DNA from: an uncultured bacterium
GTDB lineage: Bacteria; Verrucomicrobiota; Kiritimatiellia; PWTM01
DNA: 64,000 nucleotides
Assembly: GCA_938005705.1 (NCBI GenBank)
Contig: CALLML010000059.1
Span: forward strand, 931-64,930
Direction of reading: 5' to 3'
This document shows positions 17,865-27,133 of the stretch, one piece after another. Every line of letters starts with the position of its first letter. The stretch's first letter is position 1. A program made the position numbers and the translations under genes. The notes beneath the pieces were generated by a model. It was not told the DNA's origin, ran no database searches, and saw only the letters and a program-made list of their open reading frames with translations.

Positions 17865-19283
17865 ATGAATACGAGACGCCTTTTGTTGAATTCCATCTTC
17901 CGTGATCCCCATTTTCATTCAAGATGTGGTGCCATCGCCGCCATCTTTTTTTGTATCTCGCGAGGATTCGCCCAGCTCCCGGCGGAACCCGCCGCCGGTA
18001 CGGGACCTCTCGGCGTGATTCATTTGGCAAATGGCGACCGCTTGACGGCTGTTCTGGTGGAGTATGATGTCGCCGCTGGCCGTCTAGTCGTTGCCGCCGG
18101 TCCCGCCATCCGAAACCCCATTGAGTTCGACGCGACCGCGTTGACACGTTTCGAGCGACCACCTGCCACCGCGAGCGCTCCGGCCGAGCCGTGGTCGTTC
18201 ACGTTACTCGGCGGCGATCGAGTGAAGGGGGATTGGTTGGCCATGGACGCGACAACGGCGCGCATTCATCATCCCACGTTGGGCGAGATCGTCTTCCCCC
18301 GCCAGGAACTGGTTGTTATCACCTCCGTGAGAGATTCGTATGTGATCTACCAAGGACCGGAAGCCGGTGAAGAATGGTCCGTCCCTCAAGGGCTGCGCCG
18401 TTTAAATGAACCGGTACTGAATATAAAGGCGAATGAAATTCTCGGGCGATCGTTTAAGGACCTCCCCAATCGCCTACGGCTTGATTTCAAAATCTCCAGT
18501 TTTGGCCCCCATTCCAGTCTTGCAGTCAACCTAGGGGCCAACGATGGGCCCCGGCGCATGGGAGAAATGGCGATGGGTATAAATTTGCAGATTCATGGCC
18601 ATGGCTATATCACGTTGATTCGCCGGACTCCGAGATCCTTGATCCAGATGGGTAATATTCGATTATCTCTTTCCGAGATTTCGGAATGTCGTGCCAGTCT
18701 GTTGGTCGATACGGAAAAGAACCGTGTGGTCGTCATGATCAATGAGGCGGTTGTCGGGGATTGGGCAAATGTAGAAATAGCAGAACAACTCGGTTCATGG
18801 TTGTTGTTCACGTCTAACAGCGGCATCCAAATCCGGAACCTCCGGTTGAGCCGCTGGAACGGCAAACTGCCTTCGGAGGAGACCCAAACCATCGCACGAC
18901 ACGGAGAGATGGTTTTTCTTCAAAACGAGGATGTGGTCACTGGTGAATTGAAGAGTATTGGGCCCGAGACGGCAACCCTGAGCACGTCGTTTGGAGAATT
19001 GGAAGTGCCGCTCGATCGTATCATGCGAATTGAAATGCACACCGCGAAAACCCCGGCAACCGCGAAGTCTGTCGCAAAGGTCGTCTTGTTCGACCACACG
19101 GAGTTGTCGCTGCAGGTCGAAAGAATAAAAGATGAAGTCCTCGTCGGCCGACATCCGTCCGCCGGTTCGCTGCGAATTCCGATGTCTCTCATCCGTCTCA
19201 TTGTTTGGAACGGTAGAACAGATAAGGATACCGGGAGGGAATCGGTGGACCCGTCAAAAGCGGGGAGGAGGGGGGCACTATGA
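17865..19283 (+). CDS. secreted hypothetical protein, paralog 2 of 3
   Basis: 472 aa. Landmarks IYQGPEAGEEW, LSRWNGKL and FGELEVPLDR. Starts 5 nt after the paralog-1 stop. Confidence 0.85.
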   Translation: MNTRRLLLNSIFRDPHFHSRCGAIAAIFFCISRGFAQLPAEPAAGTGPLGVIHLANGDRLTAVLVEYDVAAGRLVVAAGPAIRNPIEFDATALTRFERPPATASAPAEPWSFTLLGGDRVKGDWLAMDATTARIHHPTLGEIVFPRQELVVITSVRDSYVIYQGPEAGEEWSVPQGLRRLNEPVLNIKANEILGRSFKDLPNRLRLDFKISSFGPHSSLAVNLGANDGPRRMGEMAMGINLQIHGHGYITLIRRTPRSLIQMGNIRLSLSEISECRASLLVDTEKNRVVVMINEAVVGDWANVEIAEQLGSWLLFTSNSGIQIRNLRLSRWNGKLPSEETQTIARHGEMVFLQNEDVVTGELKSIGPETATLSTSFGELEVPLDRIMRIEMHTAKTPATAKSVAKVVLFDHTELSLQVERIKDEVLVGRHPSAGSLRIPMSLIRLIVWNGRTDKDTGRESVDPSKAGRRGAL

Positions 19284-20671
19284 AGCGAAACTGGATTTGG
19301 TCGCTCGGAATTCTGGCGCTGTGGACCATGGCGCAGGCGCAGTCGTCGCGGCCCGAGTCCGGATTGTGGGGCGTGTTGCAGTTGGATAATGGAGATCATC
19401 TGGAGGTTTGTTTGGAGGCCTATAACGCGGCGGATGGAGTTCTCATAGCGGTTCACCCGTTGGCGAAAACCCCGGTGGAAATCCGGGAGGCGGCGTTGTA
19501 CAGCTTCTCTGTGCCCGATCCGGGCTCGCCCCCGGCGACGCAGGTCGATGGTTGGATGCTTGAAATGGCGGGTGGCGACATGCTCTACGCGGAGGCCCTG
19601 TCGGCAGATGAGCAGAACTTTACAATTGTCCACCACGCCATGGGGCGTATCACCCTGCCCCGCGCGTCGACGCGTTTGCTGAATCGCCAGGCAGCCGTCC
19701 GTACGTATTATCAGGGACCGGCTACCGGCGAAGAATGGAAGTTTGGCGGACAAGCAAAAATTCTTACTGCCCCCGACTTGCGAATTTTAGCCGGTCAGAC
19801 GGTTGGGCGCCAGTTGCCCGATATGCAGCGTCGTTCTCGTATCGACTTGCACATCAAGTTCTGGTCTATCCCCTTTTCCATCTTTCTGTTCGCCAAAGAG
19901 AATGAAAGGAATATGGGGGAAGCCTATCAGCTCTTAGTTCAGTCCAACCAACAACTGTCTTTTTTGCGCGGATCGCAGAGTCGAGGAATGAGTCAAATCG
20001 GAATCAAACAACTCAGTGAATTTCTCGGGAATTGGCTCGATGCCAAATGGACCTTTTTTACGGACCTCGATGCCCGACGTATCTGGCTGTATGTGAACGA
20101 TCAGATGATCGCCAACTGGGAAGATCCCCGTGATTACAAGGATTCTGGCCGTGGATTGTATTTTCAGGCGACGGGCGGCGGGATGACGATCAAAAAAATC
20201 CGTATATCGCATTGGGATGGGCGGTTGCCCGATAAGCTGGCATCCCGCTCGGCGGGCAACAGCGATGTCGTCCACTTGCTGAACGGTGATACCGTTTCGG
20301 GCACCCTGTTCCGCCTTAATGAACAAGGGGTCGGAATGCGCACGCCGTTCGGCGAGCTGTTCATTCCCCTTCGGGACGTCGATCACGTGGTGTTCAAGCA
20401 GGAGAAACCAGACGCAGTACCCACGCCCAAAGGTGTTCGTGTCCTGTTGGACGACGGTTCGCGCCTGACCATGAAACTGTTGCGCATCGCCGAAGGCGTA
20501 TTATATGGCGAAGTCATCCCCTGGGGCGCCGTACGCGTTCCGTTATCGTCATTGCGGGAAGCACTGTGGAAACAATCAACGTTCGAGAGGGAGGGAGAAA
20601 ATTCTCAGCAGAACCGTCCCGGCGGAGGGAACACCACACAGAATTCTGCGGTCTTGTCCACGACCGAATAG
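19280..20671 (+). CDS. secreted hypothetical protein, paralog 3 of 3
   Basis: 463 aa. Signal peptide MKRNWIWSLGILALWTMAQA. Landmarks YYQGPATGEEW, ISHWDGRL and FGELFIPLRD. ATGA overlap with paralog 2. Confidence 0.85.
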   Translation: MKRNWIWSLGILALWTMAQAQSSRPESGLWGVLQLDNGDHLEVCLEAYNAADGVLIAVHPLAKTPVEIREAALYSFSVPDPGSPPATQVDGWMLEMAGGDMLYAEALSADEQNFTIVHHAMGRITLPRASTRLLNRQAAVRTYYQGPATGEEWKFGGQAKILTAPDLRILAGQTVGRQLPDMQRRSRIDLHIKFWSIPFSIFLFAKENERNMGEAYQLLVQSNQQLSFLRGSQSRGMSQIGIKQLSEFLGNWLDAKWTFFTDLDARRIWLYVNDQMIANWEDPRDYKDSGRGLYFQATGGGMTIKKIRISHWDGRLPDKLASRSAGNSDVVHLLNGDTVSGTLFRLNEQGVGMRTPFGELFIPLRDVDHVVFKQEKPDAVPTPKGVRVLLDDGSRLTMKLLRIAEGVLYGEVIPWGAVRVPLSSLREALWKQSTFEREGENSQQNRPGGGNTTQNSAVLSTTE

Positions 20672-20703
20672 GTGGAAACCTCCGGCTTTCATCGTGCAGG
20701 GCG

Positions 20704-21480
20704 ATGGCAACGATGGGCCTCACTTCAGAAGTATTTTCGGAAACTGCGGATATTGAAACGTCGTCGGACGAATACGCGCGCCGCTTCGCCGGTCCGAGTG
20801 GCGAATGGATGCTCGCGGTACAGGAACGGCTGACCCAACGTCTGCTCGCCGAACCTCCGCCGGCCTCCGTGTTGGACGTCGGCGGCGGACATGGCCAGTT
20901 GGCCATACCGCTAGCACACGCGGGCTACGCGGTCACCGTGCTCGGCAGCGCGGAGTCCTGTCGACGGCGCATTGAATCCATCCTGAGCGATGGTCGGGCC
21001 CAATTTGTCGTGGGCAATGTCATCGCGCTGCCCTTCGAAGATCATTCTTTCGATGTCGTGCTCGCCTTCCGCATGCTCACGCACTGCGAGGCGTGGGAGC
21101 GGCTGGTCGCCGAACTTTGTCGCGTCGCACGGCGGGCGGTGATGGTGGACTATCCGACCAAGCAGAGCTTGAATATTCTGGCGCCGGGCTTTTTCAACGC
21201 GAAAAAGCGCATCGAGGTCAATACGCGCACATGGACGCTCTTCCGCCACGCCGAGGTGCGCGAAGCGTTTAAGCGTGTCGGCTGGAAGAGGACGCGAATG
21301 GCGGCGCAATTTTTCCTGCCGATGGTCTTGCATCGCATGTTGAAACGGCGCGGCCTGTCGGCGGCGTTGGAGTCGGCTTGTCGTGCAATGGGGCTGACCT
21401 GGCTGGCCGGCTCCCCGGTCATCGCGCGTTTTGAGCCCTCGGAACCGGCCGCGCGATCCGTGGCGATGAGTTCGGATTAA
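20704..21480 (+). CDS. class I SAM-dependent methyltransferase
   Basis: 258 aa from the ATG at 20704. Motif I VLDVGGGHGQLA, followed by an acidic loop and FDVVLAFRMLTH. Confidence 0.8.
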   Translation: MATMGLTSEVFSETADIETSSDEYARRFAGPSGEWMLAVQERLTQRLLAEPPPASVLDVGGGHGQLAIPLAHAGYAVTVLGSAESCRRRIESILSDGRAQFVVGNVIALPFEDHSFDVVLAFRMLTHCEAWERLVAELCRVARRAVMVDYPTKQSLNILAPGFFNAKKRIEVNTRTWTLFRHAEVREAFKRVGWKRTRMAAQFFLPMVLHRMLKRRGLSAALESACRAMGLTWLAGSPVIARFEPSEPAARSVAMSSD

Positions 21481-22622
21481 GGTTGTTTTCTCTCCGTCTC
21501 CTCACTTTCACTGCGGTGAATTTCGACTTCTTCGTGCATCAGGCAGTGCAGGGCACCCATACCGACGGCCAAATCCGTGCAGTGGATTCCGATGACTGTT
21601 CGCCCCGGGAAAAGTTCCGCGAGTCGTCCCAACGCGATGCGATCGGCGGGGTCGTTAAACGTCGGCACGAGTACGACGTGGTTACCGATATAAAAATTGG
21701 TGTAACTGGCCGGTAACCTCCTCCCTTGAAATGTCAACGGCGCAGGCATAGGCAGAGGGACGATATCGAGTTTTGATCCATCGACAAGCCGTGCATTCTC
21801 CAATCGCTCACGGTTTTCCGACAGAATCGTGTGGTTCGGGTCGGTCGAATTCGGCTCCTCGGCGAGGACCACGGTGTGTTCGTTGACAAAACGGCACACG
21901 TCATCCACATGGCCGTGGGTGTCGTCGTCACCGGCGATGCCTCGCCCCAGCCAGATCACGTCGGGGCAGCCCAGCCAATGTGAGAACGCACGCTCATAGT
22001 CCGAACGATCCCAGCCGGGATTGCGCGGTTGCACAGCTTCGTCGAGCAGGCATTGTTCCGTGACGAGGATCGCGCCGGCGCCATTGACATCAAACGCTCC
22101 GCCTTCCAAAACGATTCGGCGGCCGCGTAGTTCGGGACTCACGAGCGGCAGATTCAAGCGCTGCGCAACGGCGGCAGGAAGCTGCGCATCCCGGCGGTAT
22201 TGCCGATATTTGCCCCACGCCGTAAATCGAAAATGCAGGACACATTTGCGCCCGGCCGCATCGCAGCCGAAAATCGGCCCGATATCGCGCAGCCAGCAGC
22301 GATCCAAAGGGATGTGGACAATTTCGAGACCTTCCACCCGAGCGTCCGCCCGGAAGAGTCGCTCTCTGGCCTCACGTTCGCCGTCAGGCCCGTTTGTGAT
22401 GAGGCGTACGGGTTCGGAAGGCAACAGTTTGCGAATGATTTCCGTAAAGACCCAAAGCACGGCCTCAAATTTGCGCCCCCAGTCGCGGCCGTTCGGCGGC
22501 CACGCCAGCCAGGTGGCCTCGTGGGGGGCCCATTCCGGCGGGTGCCGAAACAGAGGAAGCACTTTCGGCTCGCCAGTGCCTCTCGGATCGTAGTTTAACG
22601 GTTCCGGGCGATATTCAACCAC
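21477..22622 (-). CDS. aguA: agmatine deiminase family protein
   Basis: 381 aa. WLRDIGPIF, GGAFDVNGAGAILVTEQCLL and a C-terminal catalytic-Cys context GALHCLMHE. Confidence 0.85.
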   Translation of the reverse strand: MVEYRPEPLNYDPRGTGEPKVLPLFRHPPEWAPHEATWLAWPPNGRDWGRKFEAVLWVFTEIIRKLLPSEPVRLITNGPDGEREARERLFRADARVEGLEIVHIPLDRCWLRDIGPIFGCDAAGRKCVLHFRFTAWGKYRQYRRDAQLPAAVAQRLNLPLVSPELRGRRIVLEGGAFDVNGAGAILVTEQCLLDEAVQPRNPGWDRSDYERAFSHWLGCPDVIWLGRGIAGDDDTHGHVDDVCRFVNEHTVVLAEEPNSTDPNHTILSENRERLENARLVDGSKLDIVPLPMPAPLTFQGRRLPASYTNFYIGNHVVLVPTFNDPADRIALGRLAELFPGRTVIGIHCTDLAVGMGALHCLMHEEVEIHRSESEETERKQP

Positions 22623-23048
22623 TGTTGTTCCGGGGTGTTGATTTCACTGGCAATTTTGCATGTTTTCGGCTTTCTTTTCCAGTCTCCAGAAGAAAAGCAT
22701 CCCCGTTTCCCTCCGCAGAAGAAGAGAAAGGTGTGTCAACCAGCGGGAACGGGCCGGATGGTAGGGGATAGCGGAGAGGCGAATGAGAAAAACGCGCGAG
22801 TAATCTCGCAATCAATCATCGTTGGATTTTCGGTTCGCAAACAAGCAATCCGGCTTACATTCACGCATCAGGAATGGAGATCCTCCCCACACCCCAGAGA
22901 CGCCGAGCAACCCCGGTTGCTCGGCGTAGGCCGCCTTGTTTCTCATAAGCGAAAAAAGCGAGGTTCCTTCCGGTCTTTGTTTCTCCGCCTCGATGTTGAC
23001 AAGGTTCCTCCGTACTCTTGGAAACTGAAAATTGAACATGTGCTTAAA

Positions 23049-24140
23049 TTACGGGGTACTGCGTCCTCCCTCCAGCGCCACACGCCGACGATAGTGTTCG
23101 ACCTCCCAGTTTTCGATGAACGCGCGGGCCCGATCGGAAAGGTATTGAGGCCCGCCAAAAGCGGCCGTGAGGTACTGAACACGCGCCCCGTCGCGAGCGA
23201 ACATCAACGCCAGGCGCGCCTCATTTTCGTTGTCGCCGACCGACCAGACCCCGTCGTCCGTAAAAAAAACACGCGGCGCATAGCCATGTCGGTGACGAAA
23301 ATCGGATACGGAAGCCGCCGTCACGGGGCCGACGTGCACGAAAGAACGAGCGTAGACAATGTGGTCGGGCGACAACGGCCCGCGCGGCGGGGAGAATGGT
23401 CCACAGGACTGCACCTGTAACACGTCTTTGGACAAGACTTCACGCAGAATTCCGCGCATTCGACGATCCGTTTCGCCATTCGGCGGTGGGGTTGTGGGCA
23501 GATCGCATTCCAGACCGGCGGCACGATATTCCCCGCGCAGCGTTTCCATCAGCCGACGATAATCGGTGCGGATGTCGTCGGGCGAATCGCCGGCGACAAA
23601 AATGCCATGATTTTGAATCATCAACACCGATGGAGGGCATCCGTGTCGTCGCGTGTATTCATCAATCGCCCGCTCCGCCTCCCGGCTGAGCGTATAGCCC
23701 GGATCGCAATACGGCATCCAAAGAATGTCCGGAAACAACCGTGCGCAAGCTTCGGCCCCCCGCTGAGCGCAGGTCAACCCGTTGACGAGGGCCGGGTGCG
23801 TGTGCACAACAAAACGTTGGGGAAAGATGTGGTGCAGCGGGGCTTCGACCGACGGGCGGCCCGAGGACCCTTCCGGCCGGCGGGCCGCCAGCAAAGTCTC
23901 TTTGGCGACCACTTCGCGTTTCACCGCATCCTCTACTGCGGCCGCCTCAAACAACCGCCTCACCTGCGCGCGGTCGAGAGCCACAAAATCCTCCGGCCGA
24001 AGATCAATCAACGTCACACCGGAAGGCTTGACCCAGAGGGTTTCGGCATCTTTGACCGAGGTATTGCCGCCGCCGCCGAGCACGTATTCCGAAGTGCCGA
24101 ATTCGTGCGAAAGCTCTGTAATTGTTTTCAGAAGATGCAT
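23049..24140 (-). CDS. class II aldolase / adducin N-terminal domain family protein
   Basis: 363 aa. GGGGNTSVK...LWVKPSGV resembles the aldolase half of bifunctional rhamnulose-1-phosphate aldolase/dehydrogenases. A His-rich metal-site region (VVHTHP) is present. Confidence 0.75.
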   Translation of the reverse strand: MHLLKTITELSHEFGTSEYVLGGGGNTSVKDAETLWVKPSGVTLIDLRPEDFVALDRAQVRRLFEAAAVEDAVKREVVAKETLLAARRPEGSSGRPSVEAPLHHIFPQRFVVHTHPALVNGLTCAQRGAEACARLFPDILWMPYCDPGYTLSREAERAIDEYTRRHGCPPSVLMIQNHGIFVAGDSPDDIRTDYRRLMETLRGEYRAAGLECDLPTTPPPNGETDRRMRGILREVLSKDVLQVQSCGPFSPPRGPLSPDHIVYARSFVHVGPVTAASVSDFRHRHGYAPRVFFTDDGVWSVGDNENEARLALMFARDGARVQYLTAAFGGPQYLSDRARAFIENWEVEHYRRRVALEGGRSTP

Positions 24141-24169
24141 CGCGAAAAATCCCTCTCAGGGTTTTGGTC

Positions 24170-24682
24170 TCACGCCTCCGGCGTCGTTGATGGCGCGACG
24201 GGTTTGGCCATGGCGATTTCAGGGCAGGTGAATGGTGAATCGAAACGTGTGCAGTTCACGCAACCGGTATAAAGCTTGTGCATCATTTTTTCCTTCGAGA
24301 CCTCGGAAAATCCGAAACGTCGAAAGAACTCCGGCACAAAGGTCAGGACGATCACTTGTTCGGGTTTCAATTCCGAGACGCGCTCCAACGCACACTGCAC
24401 CAGCGCGCGCCCCAGACCGCGGCGTCGAGCGGATGCGCTGACGGCGAGGCTTTTGAGTTCCACGGAGGGATGGCGAGCCGAACCGAGCTCGGGCAATATG
24501 CCCCAGGAGATCGTCCCCACAACGACACCCCCCGTTTCGCCCACATAAAAGCGATCAATATTCTGCAGAATATCGCTGATCGAACGTGGCACGAGTTCGT
24601 TTGGATGACTGCGTACGAGATTGAAGATGGCCGCCGCGTCTCGGAACGTAGCGGGCCTCACCGTGAATGAGTCCTCAGACAT
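24170..24682 (-). CDS. GNAT-family N-acetyltransferase (short ArgA-like form)
   Basis: 170 aa from the ATG at 24682 (MSEDSFTVRP). The ORF-track start at 24841 would overlap tRNA-Ala. Acetyl-CoA motif RRRGLGRALV and a Cys-rich C-terminal tail CVNCTRFDSPFTCPE. Confidence 0.8.
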   Translation of the reverse strand: MSEDSFTVRPATFRDAAAIFNLVRSHPNELVPRSISDILQNIDRFYVGETGGVVVGTISWGILPELGSARHPSVELKSLAVSASARRRGLGRALVQCALERVSELKPEQVIVLTFVPEFFRRFGFSEVSKEKMMHKLYTGCVNCTRFDSPFTCPEIAMAKPVAPSTTPEA

Positions 24683-24799
24683 AGCAGTGTTCCCAGGAGT
24701 GATTGATCGGCAAAAGACTACTGTATGTGGGTTATTCTCGCACTCAAAAACACATTTTGACGCATGTCGCATTGGTGATATAATATTCGCTAGCGACGT

Positions 24800-24875
<76 letters not shown>

Positions 24876-25061
24876 ATAGGTGGCCAGTCGTTGCTCCAGC
24901 CCTAGGATGCATCTGATATTTCAAGCCGGCTTCTCTCGATTTACAGCGCGTCTCCGATAAGCTGCGGCTTGGGTTACCGCGATGAACACAACAAGCTCCG
25001 TGCATGTGTCCCGAAGGCGCTACTCGGCCGAGCGAGTGAACGAAGCATCTGTGAAGGCTCT

Positions 25062-25213
25062 CATACTAATGCTCTCGAAATTGTCTTTACATGTTCGTTT
25101 CCTGCGGCGCGAGCAAGCTCGCGCCCTACGACCGAAGAATGTAGGGCCTCCGCTTGCTGAGGCCGCGACGCCGTAAACGAGCATGTCAGGACCATTATGA
25201 GACGATTAGTATG
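25062..25213 (+). repeat. intergenic structured repeat, copy A (inverted arms of about 40 nt enclosing three GC hairpins)
   Basis: Arms catactaatgctctcgaaattgtctttacatgttcgttt / aaacgagcatgtcaggaccattatgagacgattagtatg. Internal hairpins gcgcgagc-aa-gctcgcgc, gccctac-N11-gtagggc and ggcctc-N8-gaggcc. Homologous to the copies at 34062, 41391 and 54641. Confidence 0.8.
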
Positions 25214-25453
25214 TGGCTTTCATTTGATCTCGAAAAGTCTCGACGGCCGAACATATGGGGCTTACAGACCTGTGAACCTTCAAGGACGATGATCATTCTC
25301 CCCTCACTTGTCTTTGCGCACTTACACGTGCCTCCCTCTCTCCAACCCTCCGAGCCCCCCGCCCATTTCGAGGATCTGTTGCGAGGTTATGAGCCTCAAC
25401 TCCTTGTCGAGTGACGTCTTGGAAAAAAACACGGGCCTTTGCGTAAAATCCCC

Positions 25454-26800
25454 TCAGAGGATTATCGCGCCTTGCGAGGCGAGCTCGGATCGCAGCCGTT
25501 GCATGTCGATGACTTGAATCGCACAGGCTTCGCGCGCGGCAAGTGCAGCGGCTATGCCCGCGGCCTGACCCATCTGGGCGCAATGGATCATCACGCGCGC
25601 GGCTCCGAACGCCCCCTCGTCGGCATCGAGACAACGTCCGGCGGCGACGACATTCACCGCGCCTTGAGGGATGAGCGAGCGAAACGGGATTTGGTAGAAC
25701 GTCGCCCGCTGACCGTCCGCCAGCGCCCAACGTCCCTCTTCTCGCTGTCCGCCGGCGCCCACGCGCACCTCGCGGCCGTCGAGGTAGCGGAATACGACGC
25801 CTTCGCCGTCGCCCGAATGAATGTCCACCGGATAGGTTCCGTTCGCGATCGCATCGGGAAACCTCACACCGTGCAACAGTTCCGTTTCGGTCAGTCGATG
25901 CAATCCACGAATGTGGCGCGATTCCCGCTCGCCTATGCGGGCCGGCAGCGCGACGAGACGGGCGCTTTCACAGCCCGGCACGTGGGCGCACGCGATGTCG
26001 AGTATTGCGCGAACCTGTCGCCGACCCTCCATCTCCGCGCGCGTCAAGTCGTCGGCGTCGGATACGTCGGCGCCGTGCACCCGCGTGCCCGCGACCATGC
26101 GTAGGTCCGTTCCTGGAATCGGCGCCGACCACAAAAACCCCGGTCGCAGCGCGCCGGGGATCGCCGGATCGAAGACGCGCTCTCTGAGTTTCTCCATTCC
26201 CGCGTCGAGCCCGGCGGCGATGAAACAAGTCGTCGGCGGCTGGCGGACGGGCGTGCGATAGGTGGGCAGACCGGCGCGGAATACGAGGTCGGCGTCGCCG
26301 GAGGCATCCACGAATACCCGCGCGCGGATGGCGTGGCGGCCAGATTTGTCCTCGATGGCAACGGCCTCGACATGGCCGGGCTTTTTGACGAAAGCGCGGC
26401 AGAAACGGGTATGCAGAAAGGGGTGGATGGGGGGATGCTCGCGCACCCATTCATCGAGTTCGATCGCGAGCTCGGCAGGGGAGAAATAATATTGTCCATG
26501 GACATAGTTGCCACGGTCTATCACGGTATCCCGTTTCTTGAGCCTCTCCATGGTCTCGATAGCCAGCCCGCCGATGATCTCGCGCGTTCCGGTGGTGTCG
26601 TAACGGGGGTGCCAGACATTGACCAGGGAAGCTGTTGCCGTTCCGCCGAACAAGCCGAGTGCTTCCACTAACGCCACGCGGCAGCCCATCCGCGCGGCGG
26701 CGACGGCGGCGAACACGCCGGTCGTACTGCCGCCGATCACACATACGTCGCCATCTTCGATAAGCGGGAGATCACGGGCGGGTTCATGGATCATCTTCAT
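25454..26800 (-). CDS. FAD-dependent oxidoreductase
   Basis: 448 aa. N-terminal dinucleotide fold DVCVIGGSTTGVFAAVAAARMGCRVALVE. Confidence 0.8.
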   Translation of the reverse strand: MKMIHEPARDLPLIEDGDVCVIGGSTTGVFAAVAAARMGCRVALVEALGLFGGTATASLVNVWHPRYDTTGTREIIGGLAIETMERLKKRDTVIDRGNYVHGQYYFSPAELAIELDEWVREHPPIHPFLHTRFCRAFVKKPGHVEAVAIEDKSGRHAIRARVFVDASGDADLVFRAGLPTYRTPVRQPPTTCFIAAGLDAGMEKLRERVFDPAIPGALRPGFLWSAPIPGTDLRMVAGTRVHGADVSDADDLTRAEMEGRRQVRAILDIACAHVPGCESARLVALPARIGERESRHIRGLHRLTETELLHGVRFPDAIANGTYPVDIHSGDGEGVVFRYLDGREVRVGAGGQREEGRWALADGQRATFYQIPFRSLIPQGAVNVVAAGRCLDADEGAFGAARVMIHCAQMGQAAGIAAALAAREACAIQVIDMQRLRSELASQGAIIL

Positions 26801-26892
26801 AAACGCCTTTTAAATAGATTTGTCAGGCAGCACAAGCAAGTCGTGCGCCGTGGGGAGTGTCAGACTTTAAATGCGGGGGGGGCTGGCGAGAT

Positions 26893-26939
26893 TTCCAAGC
26901 TTAGGACAAACCTGCGCCCGATTTTTCCAAGCCTTGGAA
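26893..26939. promoter_or_regulatory. pair of TTCCAAG-N-CTTGGAA palindromes (26893-26907 degenerate, 26925-26939 perfect), 32 bp start to start
   Basis: Read directly: ttccaagcttaggac and ttccaagccttggaa. Lies 93-139 bp upstream of the FAD-oxidoreductase start on the minus strand. Confidence 0.4.
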
Positions 26940-27133
26940 AAATGGGGCGATAAAGGAATATTGGGAGCCGGGGACACAGATGAATGGAACGCGGTATGTG
27001 GAGTCTGCTTATCCAAGGCTGCGGCAAAAAAGGGAGCGATGAGGAAAGGAAAATTAAGAGGCGTGAATGACGAGAGGACGTGTTCGAAGCCCGTGTGTCT
27101 ATAGTGGGGCGAGGTTTGTTGGTTTGCGTGCCG

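Noticed and set aside
22635-23420. 261-aa plus-strand ORF spanning the aguA-aldolase spacer
   Set aside because: Its 3' two-thirds is antisense to the well-supported aldolase gene. The 5' part has poor composition and no recognisable motif.
24876-25453. Integrated mobile element or prophage at tRNA-Ala
   Set aside because: I recognised no integrase, transposase or phage gene anywhere in the window. I found no direct repeat of the tRNA-Ala 3' end downstream.
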